Positions 37,988 to 47,589 of a DNA stretch of 64,000 nt are shown here, in pieces. Position numbers and translations under genes: made by a program. Source of the stretch: an uncultured Chlorobiota bacterium (GTDB taxonomy: Bacteria > Bacteroidota > Bacteroidia > Bacteroidales > JAADGE01); contig CAMZKV010000037.1 of the NCBI GenBank assembly GCA_947311445.1, forward strand, positions 5,494 to 69,493, written 5' to 3'. The notes under the pieces were generated by a model that worked only from the letters and a program-made list of their open reading frames with translations, ran no database searches and was not told where the DNA came from. Position 1 is the stretch's first letter, and each line of letters opens with the position of its first letter.

Positions 37988-39004
37988 TTATTTTGTAACT
38001 AAAGGATAATCTTTTGGATTTGCTGTAACTCCCCATTGGTTAGGTCCTGTCCAGAAACTACTTGAATTAAATAAACCATTCAATCCAAATTTTAAACTGT
38101 ATGCATTGTAACCAAGAACTCTTAAATAAGCAGTTAATACACCAGAAGTTTGTCCTGTATAGCAATAAGTTATAACATCTTTGCTTGCATCTAAATTTTT
38201 ATATTCTTTATTTTCCAAAGTTAAAGGATTGATTCTATATGCACCTTTTATATGTCCGTAGCCTGCATAATCTGTACCTGAGAAGTAATTATTTATACAA
38301 TAATTATCAGGAGTGTCAATAATATCACTTGCAGATTTACCCTTAAATCCAGCTTTAAGAACTTTGTTAATTCTGTCGTCAAGTAGGGCTTTTCCTGTTA
38401 ATGAAGAACTTATTTCAGGATCACTAAATGTAACGGGTGCAGTTGCATCTGTTGTCCAATTATTATGCCCGTCAGCTACATCTCCAATATTTGGAGTCCA
38501 TTTATCAAGTGTTGAATTCCAACCGCTCATTCCCCATTTTAATGCTTGTGTATTTCTGTATCCCGCTAATCTTAATAATGCAGTTGTAAAGCATGCAACC
38601 TGACCTGTGTAACAAACAACAAGAATTGGTTTATCTCCTGCATTTGCAGCTTCTGTTAAAGCTCCTGTTAAATCTCCATCATCAGTAGGAGCTGTATTAA
38701 TTGCTCCGTCAACATGACCTGCTGCATAATCAGCAGCACTTCTAATATCAATAATATGATATTTTGCTAAGAAAGCATCAACTTCATCTGATGTTGCGGG
38801 TGCCGGTACAACAAATTTAATATCAGTTTCGCCATGATATTTAATAATACTAGGTAAATCTAAATTGTTACTTTTCATATAATCCGTAAGAACTTTAAAA
38901 GCTGGATCTGCGTTTGGTTCAATAGGTTTAGTATCTTTACAGCTTGTAAATAATACTGTCGGCACTAAAAATAATGCAATAAAATAAATTGTTAATTTTT
39001 TCAT
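37988..39004 (-). CDS. Lipoprotein with two rhodanese domains
   Basis: Lipobox LFTSC; IIDIRS..DY..GHVDGA and GHIKGA; both domains keep CYTGQ active loops; LKWGM.GW and LKFGLNG. Confidence 0.88.
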   Translation of the reverse strand: MKKLTIYFIALFLVPTVLFTSCKDTKPIEPNADPAFKVLTDYMKSNNLDLPSIIKYHGETDIKFVVPAPATSDEVDAFLAKYHIIDIRSAADYAAGHVDGAINTAPTDDGDLTGALTEAANAGDKPILVVCYTGQVACFTTALLRLAGYRNTQALKWGMSGWNSTLDKWTPNIGDVADGHNNWTTDATAPVTFSDPEISSSLTGKALLDDRINKVLKAGFKGKSASDIIDTPDNYCINNYFSGTDYAGYGHIKGAYRINPLTLENKEYKNLDASKDVITYCYTGQTSGVLTAYLRVLGYNAYSLKFGLNGLFNSSSFWTGPNQWGVTANPKDYPLVTK

Positions 39005-39071
39005 TTTTTTTAATTTTTAAAATATGTATCTTAATTTGTTTAAAATTTTATTATTTATTATTTGAGCTATT

Positions 39072-39650
39072 TTAACATCCACCGTCATCTTCTTCTGCTC
39101 CTTCTGGCTCGAAACCCTCAGCTTGTACAGGAATTTCTATATTGTCTGGATATGCTTTTTTAATTGCATTATATCCTCCTACCAGACTTTTTACATTTGT
39201 ATAACCCATTGTCATAAGTGTTAATGTGGCTAAAGCACTCCTTTTACCACTTTTGCAATTAAGAATTATTAATTCATCTTTTTTTGGTGTGTAAATCATT
39301 GCATCTTCCCAAAAACTGTCTTTTTGAATTCTAAATTCAAGAACTCCTCTGGGGATATTAAGTGCATTTTTAATATGCCCTTTGTTAAAATCTTTTTCTG
39401 CTCTTAAATCTATCAGAACAAATGTTTCTTCTCCGTCAACTTTTGCCTTAAATTCATCAGGTGTAATTTCAGAAATTTTTGTTTTTGCGTCTGCAATCAT
39501 GTCATCAACAGTATTAAATTCGGCTGTTGCTTTGGGCATTACGTCGGTCTTTGTATCATTTTTTCCTTCATTTTGACTTTCTTTTGTTTCGTTGCAACTA
39601 ACTGCAAATAAGAAAATTAATAATACTAATACTAAATTTACTTTTTTCAT
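39072..39650 (-). CDS. Single-domain rhodanese lipoprotein with acidic GGC C-terminus
   Basis: Lipobox FAVSC; IDLR...F..GHI..A.NIPRG.LEF, NCKSGKRS active loop, L.GG; ends EEDDGGC. Confidence 0.88.
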   Translation of the reverse strand: MKKVNLVLVLLIFLFAVSCNETKESQNEGKNDTKTDVMPKATAEFNTVDDMIADAKTKISEITPDEFKAKVDGEETFVLIDLRAEKDFNKGHIKNALNIPRGVLEFRIQKDSFWEDAMIYTPKKDELIILNCKSGKRSALATLTLMTMGYTNVKSLVGGYNAIKKAYPDNIEIPVQAEGFEPEGAEEDDGGC

Positions 39651-39794
39651 AACTTTTTTACTTTTTTTAATTAACAAATTGAATAAAAATTTTTCGTTTT
39701 TTGATAGTGCAAATATCCAGACTTTTCACAAGGCAGCAAAGGAATTAGACGTGAAACAAAATATAAAAAAAACTATAAAATTTCATAACAAAAA

Positions 39795-39808
39795 TTGATG
39801 TATATCAT
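39795..39808. promoter_or_regulatory. FNR-like box in the divergent rhodanese / crp-fnr promoter region
   Basis: TTGAT-gtat-ATCAT, one mismatch from TTGAT-N4-ATCAA; TATATTTG -7 element at 39828-39835. Confidence 0.55.
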
Positions 39809-39856
39809 GTTTTTTATTGAAATGTGTTATATTTGTAATATTTATGAATTTAATAT

Positions 39857-40552
39857 ATGGAAAAGAATAATGTCCAATCTAGTTGTACAGTAGCAGATTA
39901 CAAGTGTAAGTGCTTTGATGTATTAAAACCTTCTGAAATTGAACTTATAAAAAATAATGAAGTTTATGTAACTTATAAACGTGGGGAAACTATTTGTAAG
40001 CAAGGAACTTTTGCTTCGCATATTGTTATTATGGAAGAAGGTTTAGCAAAAGTTTCTATTGAGGATTGTAATAAATCTTTAATATTAAAAATTATTCCCG
40101 AAGGAAATATGATTGGTTTAACTGCACTCTCACAGACTAATAATACATTTCAATATTCTGCAAGTGCCTATGTTGATTCAAAAGCAAGACTCATAGATAT
40201 TAAAATCTTTAAGAAAATTGTTAAGCAAAATTCTGACTTTTCATTTGAATTGTTAAATCTACTTGCATCCAATAGTGTACAGATATATGGTCGTTTCTTT
40301 TGTCTAACAAATAAGCAATCATACGGTAAGTTAGCAGATATTATTTTGTGTCTTTCTAATAGGGTATATAAAAAACGAGAGTTTGAGCTATTATTAAGCA
40401 GAAAAGATTTGGCTGAATTGTCTGATATGTCAACGGAGAACGTTATTCGAATGTTAAAAAAGTTTAAAGAAGATGGTTTAATTGAGATGAAAGGAAAACA
40501 ATTTAAAATTATAGATTATAAAAATTTAGTAAAAATAAGTGAAATTGGATAA
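39857..40552 (+). CDS. Crp/Fnr family transcriptional regulator
   Basis: cNMP-like barrel (YKRGETICKQG, G.AKV, G..IG), C-terminal HTH (LSRKDLAEL..MSTENVIR.L..F...G.I); N-terminal Cys cluster. Confidence 0.93.
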   Translation: MEKNNVQSSCTVADYKCKCFDVLKPSEIELIKNNEVYVTYKRGETICKQGTFASHIVIMEEGLAKVSIEDCNKSLILKIIPEGNMIGLTALSQTNNTFQYSASAYVDSKARLIDIKIFKKIVKQNSDFSFELLNLLASNSVQIYGRFFCLTNKQSYGKLADIILCLSNRVYKKREFELLLSRKDLAELSDMSTENVIRMLKKFKEDGLIEMKGKQFKIIDYKNLVKISEIG

Positions 40553-40587
40553 AATATATCAAATCCTAATCAATTATTTATTTTAGA

Positions 40588-40618
40588 GCAAATACTTTAA
40601 GAGTATTTGTTTTTTTTT
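40588..40618 (+). terminator. Intrinsic terminator of the crp/fnr gene
   Basis: gcaaatact / agtatttgt stem with a T8 run. Confidence 0.7.
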
Positions 40619-40700
40619 GCTTTTTCTGAAACATCATGGTTACAAGGTAAATTTGTTTACTTATGGGTTAACTCGTTTTTTTAGAAGAAATTAGTTTATG

Positions 40701-40728
40701 AGATGGGGATATTCCCATCTTTTTTTTT
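40701..40728 (+). terminator. Second strong terminator with no ORF directly upstream
   Basis: agatggg-gatatt-cccatct followed by T8. Confidence 0.7.
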
Positions 40729-40930
40729 GGCTAGCTTTTGCGTTTGTTTTTAATTTATAATGATAGTAGCATAGTTATTTTAAATAATTTGCAGATAAAT
40801 ATGCAATAAATTGATAATAAACATTGTTTTATATCATATATTTTAAATATTTATTGTATATTTGATTATTATTTTAAATAGAGTAACTAAGCTATTTAAT
40901 TTATAGACACAAATTTAAAAAATATTGGCT

Positions 40931-42448
40931 ATGAAAACAACTATAAATAGTCTTTATGAAAAAAAAGACGATTGCATAAAATTAATTATTGAAAATTCAG
41001 AAGATATTATTTCAATTCATGATTTTGAAGGAACATATTTATTTTTTTTGGGAAGGCATAAATTTAATTATTTATCTGATGAAATAATTGGAAAAAAACC
41101 TTCTGATTTTTATGAACAAGATATTGCAGATAGAATTGTAAATAATATAAAAGATGCATATATAACTGGTGAAAAGAATATATTTGAAACTAAACTTTTA
41201 TTAAATAATGAATTTATTTGTTTTCAAATTAAAACTTTTCCTATAAAAGAAAACAATAAAATTGTTTCAGTTATGAAAATTTGTAAAGATATAACTGAAA
41301 AGGTAAAGAATAAACAAGATATATTAAAACAAAAAGAATTTCTGAATAATATTTTAAATTCAATAACTCATCCATTATACGTAATAGATGTTGAGACATA
41401 TAATATTGTTCTTGCAAACAAAGCAACTAATTTTAATGGATTTTCTGAGTTTAAAACTTGCTACTCATTATCTCATAATTTTAATAAGCCATGTAACGAA
41501 GCGGGTTATTCATGTCCAGTAGAAATTATAAAAAAAACAAAAGAATCTTGCATTACTGAACATATTCATTTTGATAAGAATAAAGAAAAAAAGGTTTTTG
41601 AAGTTCATGGGTTTCCTGTTTTTGATGAAAATAATAAGCTAATTCAAGTTATAGAATATAATATTGATATATCTGAAAAGAAAAAGCTAGAAGAATTATT
41701 ACTTATTGAAAAGGAAAAGGCAAATGAAAGTAATAGGTTAAAAACTGCTTTTCTTACAAATATGTCGCATGAAATTAGAACACCAATGAATGCAATTCTT
41801 GGCTTTGGAGAATTAATGAAAAATGAAAAACTTGAAGTTGAAAAAAGAAATAAATTTATTGGCATTATTAATAATTCAGGAAATTATCTTTTAGAATTAA
41901 TTGATGATATTATCGATATTTCTAAAATTGATGCAAAACAATTAGAAATTGTTGAATCAGAGGTTAACATTATTTCATTAGTTAATTAAATTTATATGTC
42001 TTTTATTTCTGAGCTTCATAATAATAAAAATAAATCGCTTATTGTAAATTGTGAAATTAAGAAGGGAGATGATTTAATACTAATTGACAGACAACGTTTA
42101 AGGCAGATTTTGACAAATTTGATTAGTAATGCTATTAAATTTACTGAAAAAGGTATAATTGAAATTAAATACTCGATTATACAGGAAAAAGAAATTTTGT
42201 TTGAAATTAAAGACAATGGAATTGGTATATCAAAAAAAGATATTCAATATATATTTGAAAGATTTAGGCAAGCCAATAATAAAACTAAAAAAGTTTATGG
42301 AGGCACAGGTTTAGGTTTAGCAATTTCAAAAGGTTTTGTTGAGTTAATGGGAGGTAAAATATCGGTAGAGTCAATAGAAGGGAAAGGTTCAATTTTTAGT
42401 TTTACTATTCCATATAATCAGGTCAAATTAGTTAATAATAAGTACTAA
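40931..42448 (+). pseudogene. PAS-PAS histidine kinase interrupted by one in-frame TAA (split into 40931-41989 and 41996-42448)
   Basis: gtt aat TAA att tat ATG: both ORFs are in frame; upstream part has two PAS-like domains and MSHEIRTPMN, downstream part has QIL.NL..NA.KF, DNGIGI, FERF, GGTGLGL. Confidence 0.85.
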
Positions 42449-42460
42449 CATATGGCTGTA

Positions 42461-43852
42461 TTACTTACTATTATCTTTCAAATATTGAACAATAATATTC
42501 GGAGAATTTATACTTTCAGCATATTGTTGTATTGATAAGTTTTTATATTTAATTTTAAAATTTGCTCCATTTTCTTTTAGTAGTTTAATCATTGGAAGAT
42601 TATGTCTTTTAATTGCTATGGATAAACAAGTTTCTCCATATTTATTTTTGTAATTTAAGTTTGCATCTTCGTTAATGAGTGTTTGGGCAGATATATAATG
42701 GTCATAATCAACAGCATACATTAAAGGTGTTTTATTAAAATATCCTTTGTATTCTTTATTAGCTCCAGCATCAAGTAATAATTTAATAATAATATCATTG
42801 TCCGTATTAACTGCAGATATCAGTGCAGAACGCTTTGTCCAGTCTTTTTCGTTTACGTTTGCTCCTTTTTGAATGTAATATTCTAAAATGTCTTTTTTCT
42901 GACTTTTAATTACTGCAAATAAAGGAGTGTTATTAACATTTGCTTCTTTAATTTTGTAAAAGATGTCAATTCCATAAGTTTCTAATTTTTTTATAGTTTT
43001 TAAATCTGAATATTTTATAGCATTAAAAATTAAAGGTTTATTATCAGGAAATTTTCCTTTAGCAGTATTATTTAAACCAGCTTCTAAAAGAAAATTTAAA
43101 GTTTGTTCATTATTAAAAATTGTTCTAAAGTTTAATTCTGCGTTGTTAATATTAGGCTTTAAAAGTAAAATTCTTTTTAAATCAGCTTCATTTTCTAATG
43201 CAAAATTAATATTGATGGTTTTAGTGCTTGTTCCGAGATTAACCATTTTTTCAATAAGTTCTATATCTTTACATTCTGATAAGTTAGCGTTTTTAATATT
43301 ACATTTGTTTTCTACAAGAAGATTAATCATATTTAAATTTTCGTTTTTTAAGGCAATATCAATAGGGAAGATTTTGTTTCTTGAAGGTGTATTGACATCT
43401 GCTCCCAAACTAATCATTTTATTAACAATTTTTAGGTTTCTTGTATTAACCGCTTCTATAAATGGAGTAGAGTTGTTAGAATAGGTTCTATATTTCTTTT
43501 TATAAAAACTTTTCACAATAGGAATATAAGTTCCGAGCTTTCTTACAGAGTATTTATATTCTACAACGGCATTTGGGTTTGCTCCTCTATCAATTAGCAC
43601 ATTGATATTTGCTAATATTTTTTCTTCTGAATATAAATTATTATCAACAAGCAAATTAAAAAGTGCTAAATCTAATGAATCGTTAGAAATAACAATTTTT
43701 GAGAAATCTATTTCATCATTTGGAAAAACATTATTCTTTTCAGAAATACTTCCTACCAAAGTTTGTGAACAGGAACTCTTCTCAGGATTTTTAATGCAGG
43801 AGGCAAAAATTATTGAACTAAATAAAATAAATAGGATTAAAATATATCTCAT
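42461..43852 (-). CDS. Ankyrin-repeat lipoprotein
   Basis: Lipobox IFASC; repeated TP(L/F)..A...N..I...L...GA.VN motifs. Confidence 0.85.
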   Translation of the reverse strand: MRYILILFILFSSIIFASCIKNPEKSSCSQTLVGSISEKNNVFPNDEIDFSKIVISNDSLDLALFNLLVDNNLYSEEKILANINVLIDRGANPNAVVEYKYSVRKLGTYIPIVKSFYKKKYRTYSNNSTPFIEAVNTRNLKIVNKMISLGADVNTPSRNKIFPIDIALKNENLNMINLLVENKCNIKNANLSECKDIELIEKMVNLGTSTKTININFALENEADLKRILLLKPNINNAELNFRTIFNNEQTLNFLLEAGLNNTAKGKFPDNKPLIFNAIKYSDLKTIKKLETYGIDIFYKIKEANVNNTPLFAVIKSQKKDILEYYIQKGANVNEKDWTKRSALISAVNTDNDIIIKLLLDAGANKEYKGYFNKTPLMYAVDYDHYISAQTLINEDANLNYKNKYGETCLSIAIKRHNLPMIKLLKENGANFKIKYKNLSIQQYAESINSPNIIVQYLKDNSK

Positions 43853-45243
43853 ATTTTTCGTTTTAAAAAAATTCCTTTAATATCTGATGAAATAAATTCT
43901 TTATTTTTTATACATACTTTACCTGCTTTTATAACAATTTCGGGTTTTCCATTAATTATTGTTCCTTCATAAATATTCAAATCGCAATTTGAATGATGAT
44001 ATTTAGAACTTATTATTTCATTAATTTTAGAGTTCCAGATTACTAAATCTGTATCTGAACCAACAGTAATTTCACCTTTTTTAGGATATAATCCAAAAAT
44101 TTTTGCAGTATTTGTTGAAGTTAATTTTACAAAGTCATTTAGCGAAATTTTATTTTTTCTAACTCCATATGTATATAGTAAAGATAAACGGTGCTCAACT
44201 CCTCCTGCTCCATTTGGTATTTTTCTAAAATCATTTTCTCCAAGTTTTTTTTGAGAAAGATTAAAAGGACAATGGTCTGTGCCAACAGTTTGTATATTTT
44301 CAGTTTTAAGAGCTTTCCATAAAGCAAAATTATCTTTTTCTTTTCTTAAAACCGGACTGAAAACATATTTTGATGTTTCATTAAATTCTCCAAATAATTT
44401 ATCGTCAGTTAGTAAAAGGTATTGAGGACAAGTTTCTGCCAATATTTTAATTCCTTTTTTTTGAGCGTTTCTTATATGTTCTAGACTTTCTTTTGTGGAA
44501 ACATGAACAATATAAACAGTGCAATTTGTTTGTTCAGAAAAATTAATAATTTTTTTTACAGCATCAGATTCAGTGTAGTTTGGTCTTGAAACAGCATGAT
44601 ATTTGGGACTTAAATTTCCATTTTTCGCACTATTATTTCTTAATTTATCAATTTCATCTCCTAATTCAGCATGCACTGTAATAATGCCTTTTGATTTGGC
44701 AACAATTTTCATAATTTTTAATAAAACATCATCTTTCAGTCCTATATTGTATGCCATGTAAACTTTAAATGAATTTATTCCTGACTTTGTGATTTCACAT
44801 ATTTCATTTTCAATATTTTCATGAAAATCAATTGGTGAAACGTGGAAACTATAATCTGTTAATGAGTTACTTGCTTCATTTTTTCTCTCAGAAAGAGCAT
44901 TAACAAGATTCTGTCCTTTTTTGGGTGTAACAAAATCTAAAATTGTAGTTGTTCCTCCAAAAAGTGCTGCTTTGCTACCGGTGTAAAAATTGTCAGAAGA
45001 AAAACCTGCAGGAGTTGGAAGTTGCATATGTACATGAGGGTCAATTCCTCCGGGAAAAATATATTTTCCTTTTGCATCAATTATAGTTTCATTACCTTTA
45101 GCTTCTATTTTTTGCGAAATTTCTGTAATTATACCATTTTCTGATAATATATCAGATTTAAAAATCTTATCAGAAGTAACAATAATTCCATTAATGATTA
45201 AAGTTTTTTCAATCTTTTTAACTTCTTTGTTACTTGTGTACAT
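43849..45243 (-). CDS. hydA: Dihydropyrimidinase / D-hydantoinase
   Basis: PGGIDPHVH, AA..GGTTT, SFKVYMAY (carbamylated Lys), VHAE, VHVS, AETCPQYL, TDHCPF, IPNG..GVE. Confidence 0.93.
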   Translation of the reverse strand: MYTSNKEVKKIEKTLIINGIIVTSDKIFKSDILSENGIITEISQKIEAKGNETIIDAKGKYIFPGGIDPHVHMQLPTPAGFSSDNFYTGSKAALFGGTTTILDFVTPKKGQNLVNALSERKNEASNSLTDYSFHVSPIDFHENIENEICEITKSGINSFKVYMAYNIGLKDDVLLKIMKIVAKSKGIITVHAELGDEIDKLRNNSAKNGNLSPKYHAVSRPNYTESDAVKKIINFSEQTNCTVYIVHVSTKESLEHIRNAQKKGIKILAETCPQYLLLTDDKLFGEFNETSKYVFSPVLRKEKDNFALWKALKTENIQTVGTDHCPFNLSQKKLGENDFRKIPNGAGGVEHRLSLLYTYGVRKNKISLNDFVKLTSTNTAKIFGLYPKKGEITVGSDTDLVIWNSKINEIISSKYHHSNCDLNIYEGTIINGKPEIVIKAGKVCIKNKEFISSDIKGIFLKRKI

Positions 45244-45272
45244 TATTTGGCAGTAATTCAAAATTTTTAATT

Positions 45273-45893
45273 TTATTGAATAATATTCATAACAAAAAGT
45301 CCGTCATTATCTTTTTTAAATCCAACTTTCTTCAAGTATTTTATATGATCAAAAGTTTGTGGAACAACAATAATTTTTTCTATACCATTTTCAATAAAAT
45401 CGTTTTTTAATCTATGGTATATGAATTTTGCGTTTTTATAGTCTCTATATTCAGGAACAACAAAGTCTAGACCAACACTTAAAGTTTTACTGTCTTTTTT
45501 ATGAGCTAAAAAAATACCGGCAACAGCCATATTTCTTAAAACAAAAAAACTTACAGTATTTAGTTCAGGTTTATATTTGAAACCGGGAAAAAATTTTTGA
45601 ATTCCTTTATCATGAAATTTTAAAAAATTCAATAAATATTTGTTACCACTTCTAATCTCAAGAGTTGTGAATAACTCTTTTTTATTGTATATTCTATACA
45701 GGTAATATATGTCTGTTAAAATTATAAATACATTTAAAATAACTATTGGAATTGAGTTAAATAATAAACCATAAATTAAAAAAGAAATTGCTCCTACTAA
45801 ATTAACCCAGCGGAATTTCACTATTGAGCTCATTGTCATTGAAATTGCAATAATTACAGAAGCTGCATATCCTATTATTTGTATGTAATCCAT
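45273..45893 (-). CDS. YgjV-like membrane protein with C-terminal GNAT-like domain
   Basis: Three N-terminal TM helices (IGY.AS......M......R..N..G...F..YG); C-terminal LDFVVPEYRD and YLKKVGF. Confidence 0.6.
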   Translation of the reverse strand: MDYIQIIGYAASVIIAISMTMSSIVKFRWVNLVGAISFLIYGLLFNSIPIVILNVFIILTDIYYLYRIYNKKELFTTLEIRSGNKYLLNFLKFHDKGIQKFFPGFKYKPELNTVSFFVLRNMAVAGIFLAHKKDSKTLSVGLDFVVPEYRDYKNAKFIYHRLKNDFIENGIEKIIVVPQTFDHIKYLKKVGFKKDNDGLFVMNIIQ

Positions 45894-46004
45894 TATTATA
45901 TTATTTAAGTAAATTTTTATTAGTTTAAGTGTGTATTTATTATTTAAAATTTTAGTATTCAGGCACAAAGGTATTTAAATTTACATCATTATAAAATCAT
46001 TTTT

Positions 46005-46532
46005 CTAACAATATTTTTGAAGTTTCCTGTAATATTTTTTTATATCTCCATTTAGTCTGAATACACCTTTTGATAAATTAAATTCAATTGAAGCTAATAA
46101 TTCCGGTTTTAAATCAGAAAATTTTTCTGAAATATTAAAAAGTAAAGTTAAACAATTAAATTTTACTGCAACCTTTTCATTTGAAAGCATATATGAGAAA
46201 CAGGTTTCAATTAATTTTGTGAGATTATCTTCGGACAAATATTTAACATATTTTGATAATACAAAGGCATAGCTTCTTTTTAATCCGTCGTTTTTAAATT
46301 CAGGAAAAAGATTTGCAATTTTATTAACATATGGAACAAATAAATTTGGGTATTTTAAAATACTCAATCCAATAACTCTTGCCGCACGCCAATTTTCGGG
46401 AGATTTTTCTTCCAAACTTAACATAAGTACTTCTTTAAAATAAAGTTGCTTGTTTCCAATTGCTTCGCATGCTATATCTGCGGTAGCTCGTAAACTATCT
46501 GTTTTTATAATGTTTTTGAAGTCTGGTTTCAA
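46005..46532 (-). CDS. Hypothetical HEAT/ARM-like helical protein
   Basis: All-alpha pattern, WRAA.V, DG.KR, EKVAVK...L..L; TTG start. Confidence 0.55.
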   Translation of the reverse strand: MKPDFKNIIKTDSLRATADIACEAIGNKQLYFKEVLMLSLEEKSPENWRAARVIGLSILKYPNLFVPYVNKIANLFPEFKNDGLKRSYAFVLSKYVKYLSEDNLTKLIETCFSYMLSNEKVAVKFNCLTLLFNISEKFSDLKPELLASIEFNLSKGVFRLNGDIKKYYRKLQKYC

Positions 46533-46665
46533 AACTTTATTGAATATTTTTAAGATTGCTCTTTGTTAAAATTTAAAACATTGTTGTCCGAAAAAGATAT
46601 TAAAACTGGTAAAAAAACCTTTCAAATAGGAATACTAAGAATTTCTAACTTGTTTTATTGTTTTG

Positions 46666-47448
46666 TCAAAACCTTATAATAAAATCTTCTTTTGATAACT
46701 CTTTTTTAAAAAAGACTATTCCACAAAAGAATAAATCAATTGTTAAACTTACATCCTTATTTTTTTTTATTTCTTCCCATGCCTCATTCATACCTTTTGA
46801 CCAATTTATATCATCAAACCAAAAAATAGTATTATTATGTTTTTTACTTAAACACTGATTAAAATAATTAATAGTAGCATTTTTTTGGTGATTGCCATCA
46901 AAATATACAAAATCTAATTTTTCTAAGTTTTTTAGCAATTCAGGTAATTCTGTATTAATATTTCCTATTTTTTGCTGAATGTTTTTAATTTTTAATTCTT
47001 TAAAGTTTTTAGAGGCTTTTTTTGCTGTTTCAGGGCAACCTTCTATTGTGTATATTTTTGCCTTACTGTTTGGCATTGCCAAATATAAAGATCCAATTCC
47101 AAGAGATGTTCCAAGTTCTAAAATTGTTTTGGGTTTAAAATATTCTATTAATCGGAATAACAATTCTCCAAATTTTTCATTAATTGCTGAATATTTAGTA
47201 ATATCTTTTACTTTTCTGTAAGCTGAACTCATTTTTTTTGAACCTGCACCAAAATCTTTCACATTTATTCTTTCTGTTGAATCTAGTAGATCATATCTCA
47301 AATTTGCAATATCATCTAGAGCATAATAATTTGAATCTTCTGATATTACATTTCTTACTAAATTATACAAAAAAGGGGAGTGGATTCCATATCCATTCTT
47401 GTGTTTTGCTGTAAGCTTATATTTTATGTATTTTAATTGTTGATACAT
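46666..47448 (-). CDS. Class I SAM-dependent methyltransferase (O-methyltransferase-like)
   Basis: GIHSPF, ILELGTSLG, TIEGC, D.VYFDGNH, FDDI.WS..M..AW. Confidence 0.88.
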   Translation of the reverse strand: MYQQLKYIKYKLTAKHKNGYGIHSPFLYNLVRNVISEDSNYYALDDIANLRYDLLDSTERINVKDFGAGSKKMSSAYRKVKDITKYSAINEKFGELLFRLIEYFKPKTILELGTSLGIGSLYLAMPNSKAKIYTIEGCPETAKKASKNFKELKIKNIQQKIGNINTELPELLKNLEKLDFVYFDGNHQKNATINYFNQCLSKKHNNTIFWFDDINWSKGMNEAWEEIKKNKDVSLTIDLFFCGIVFFKKELSKEDFIIRF

Positions 47449-47526
47449 TTTATTCAGAATATTAGTACTAAATTGCTATAAAACTATAATTTAGTACAAG
47501 ATTTGTTTTTTTTAATGCAAATTTAT

Positions 47527-47563
47527 AAAAAAAAGAAACCGAAAAGATAATTTCTTTTCGGTT
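47527..47563 (-). terminator. Intrinsic terminator
   Basis: aaaccgaaaaga / tcttttcggttt stem with a U-run on the minus strand. Confidence 0.7.
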
Positions 47564-47589
47564 TTATTTTACAAAATGTTGTATTGTTT

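Noticed and set aside
35974-39650. Selenocysteine recoding in the rhodanese/porin genes
   Set aside because: All catalytic and tail cysteines are ordinary Cys codons, and the genes I checked end in TAA with no in-frame TGA
41987-41989. Alternative genetic code explaining the in-frame TAA
   Set aside because: TAA is the normal stop for most genes in the window, so reassignment is not plausible
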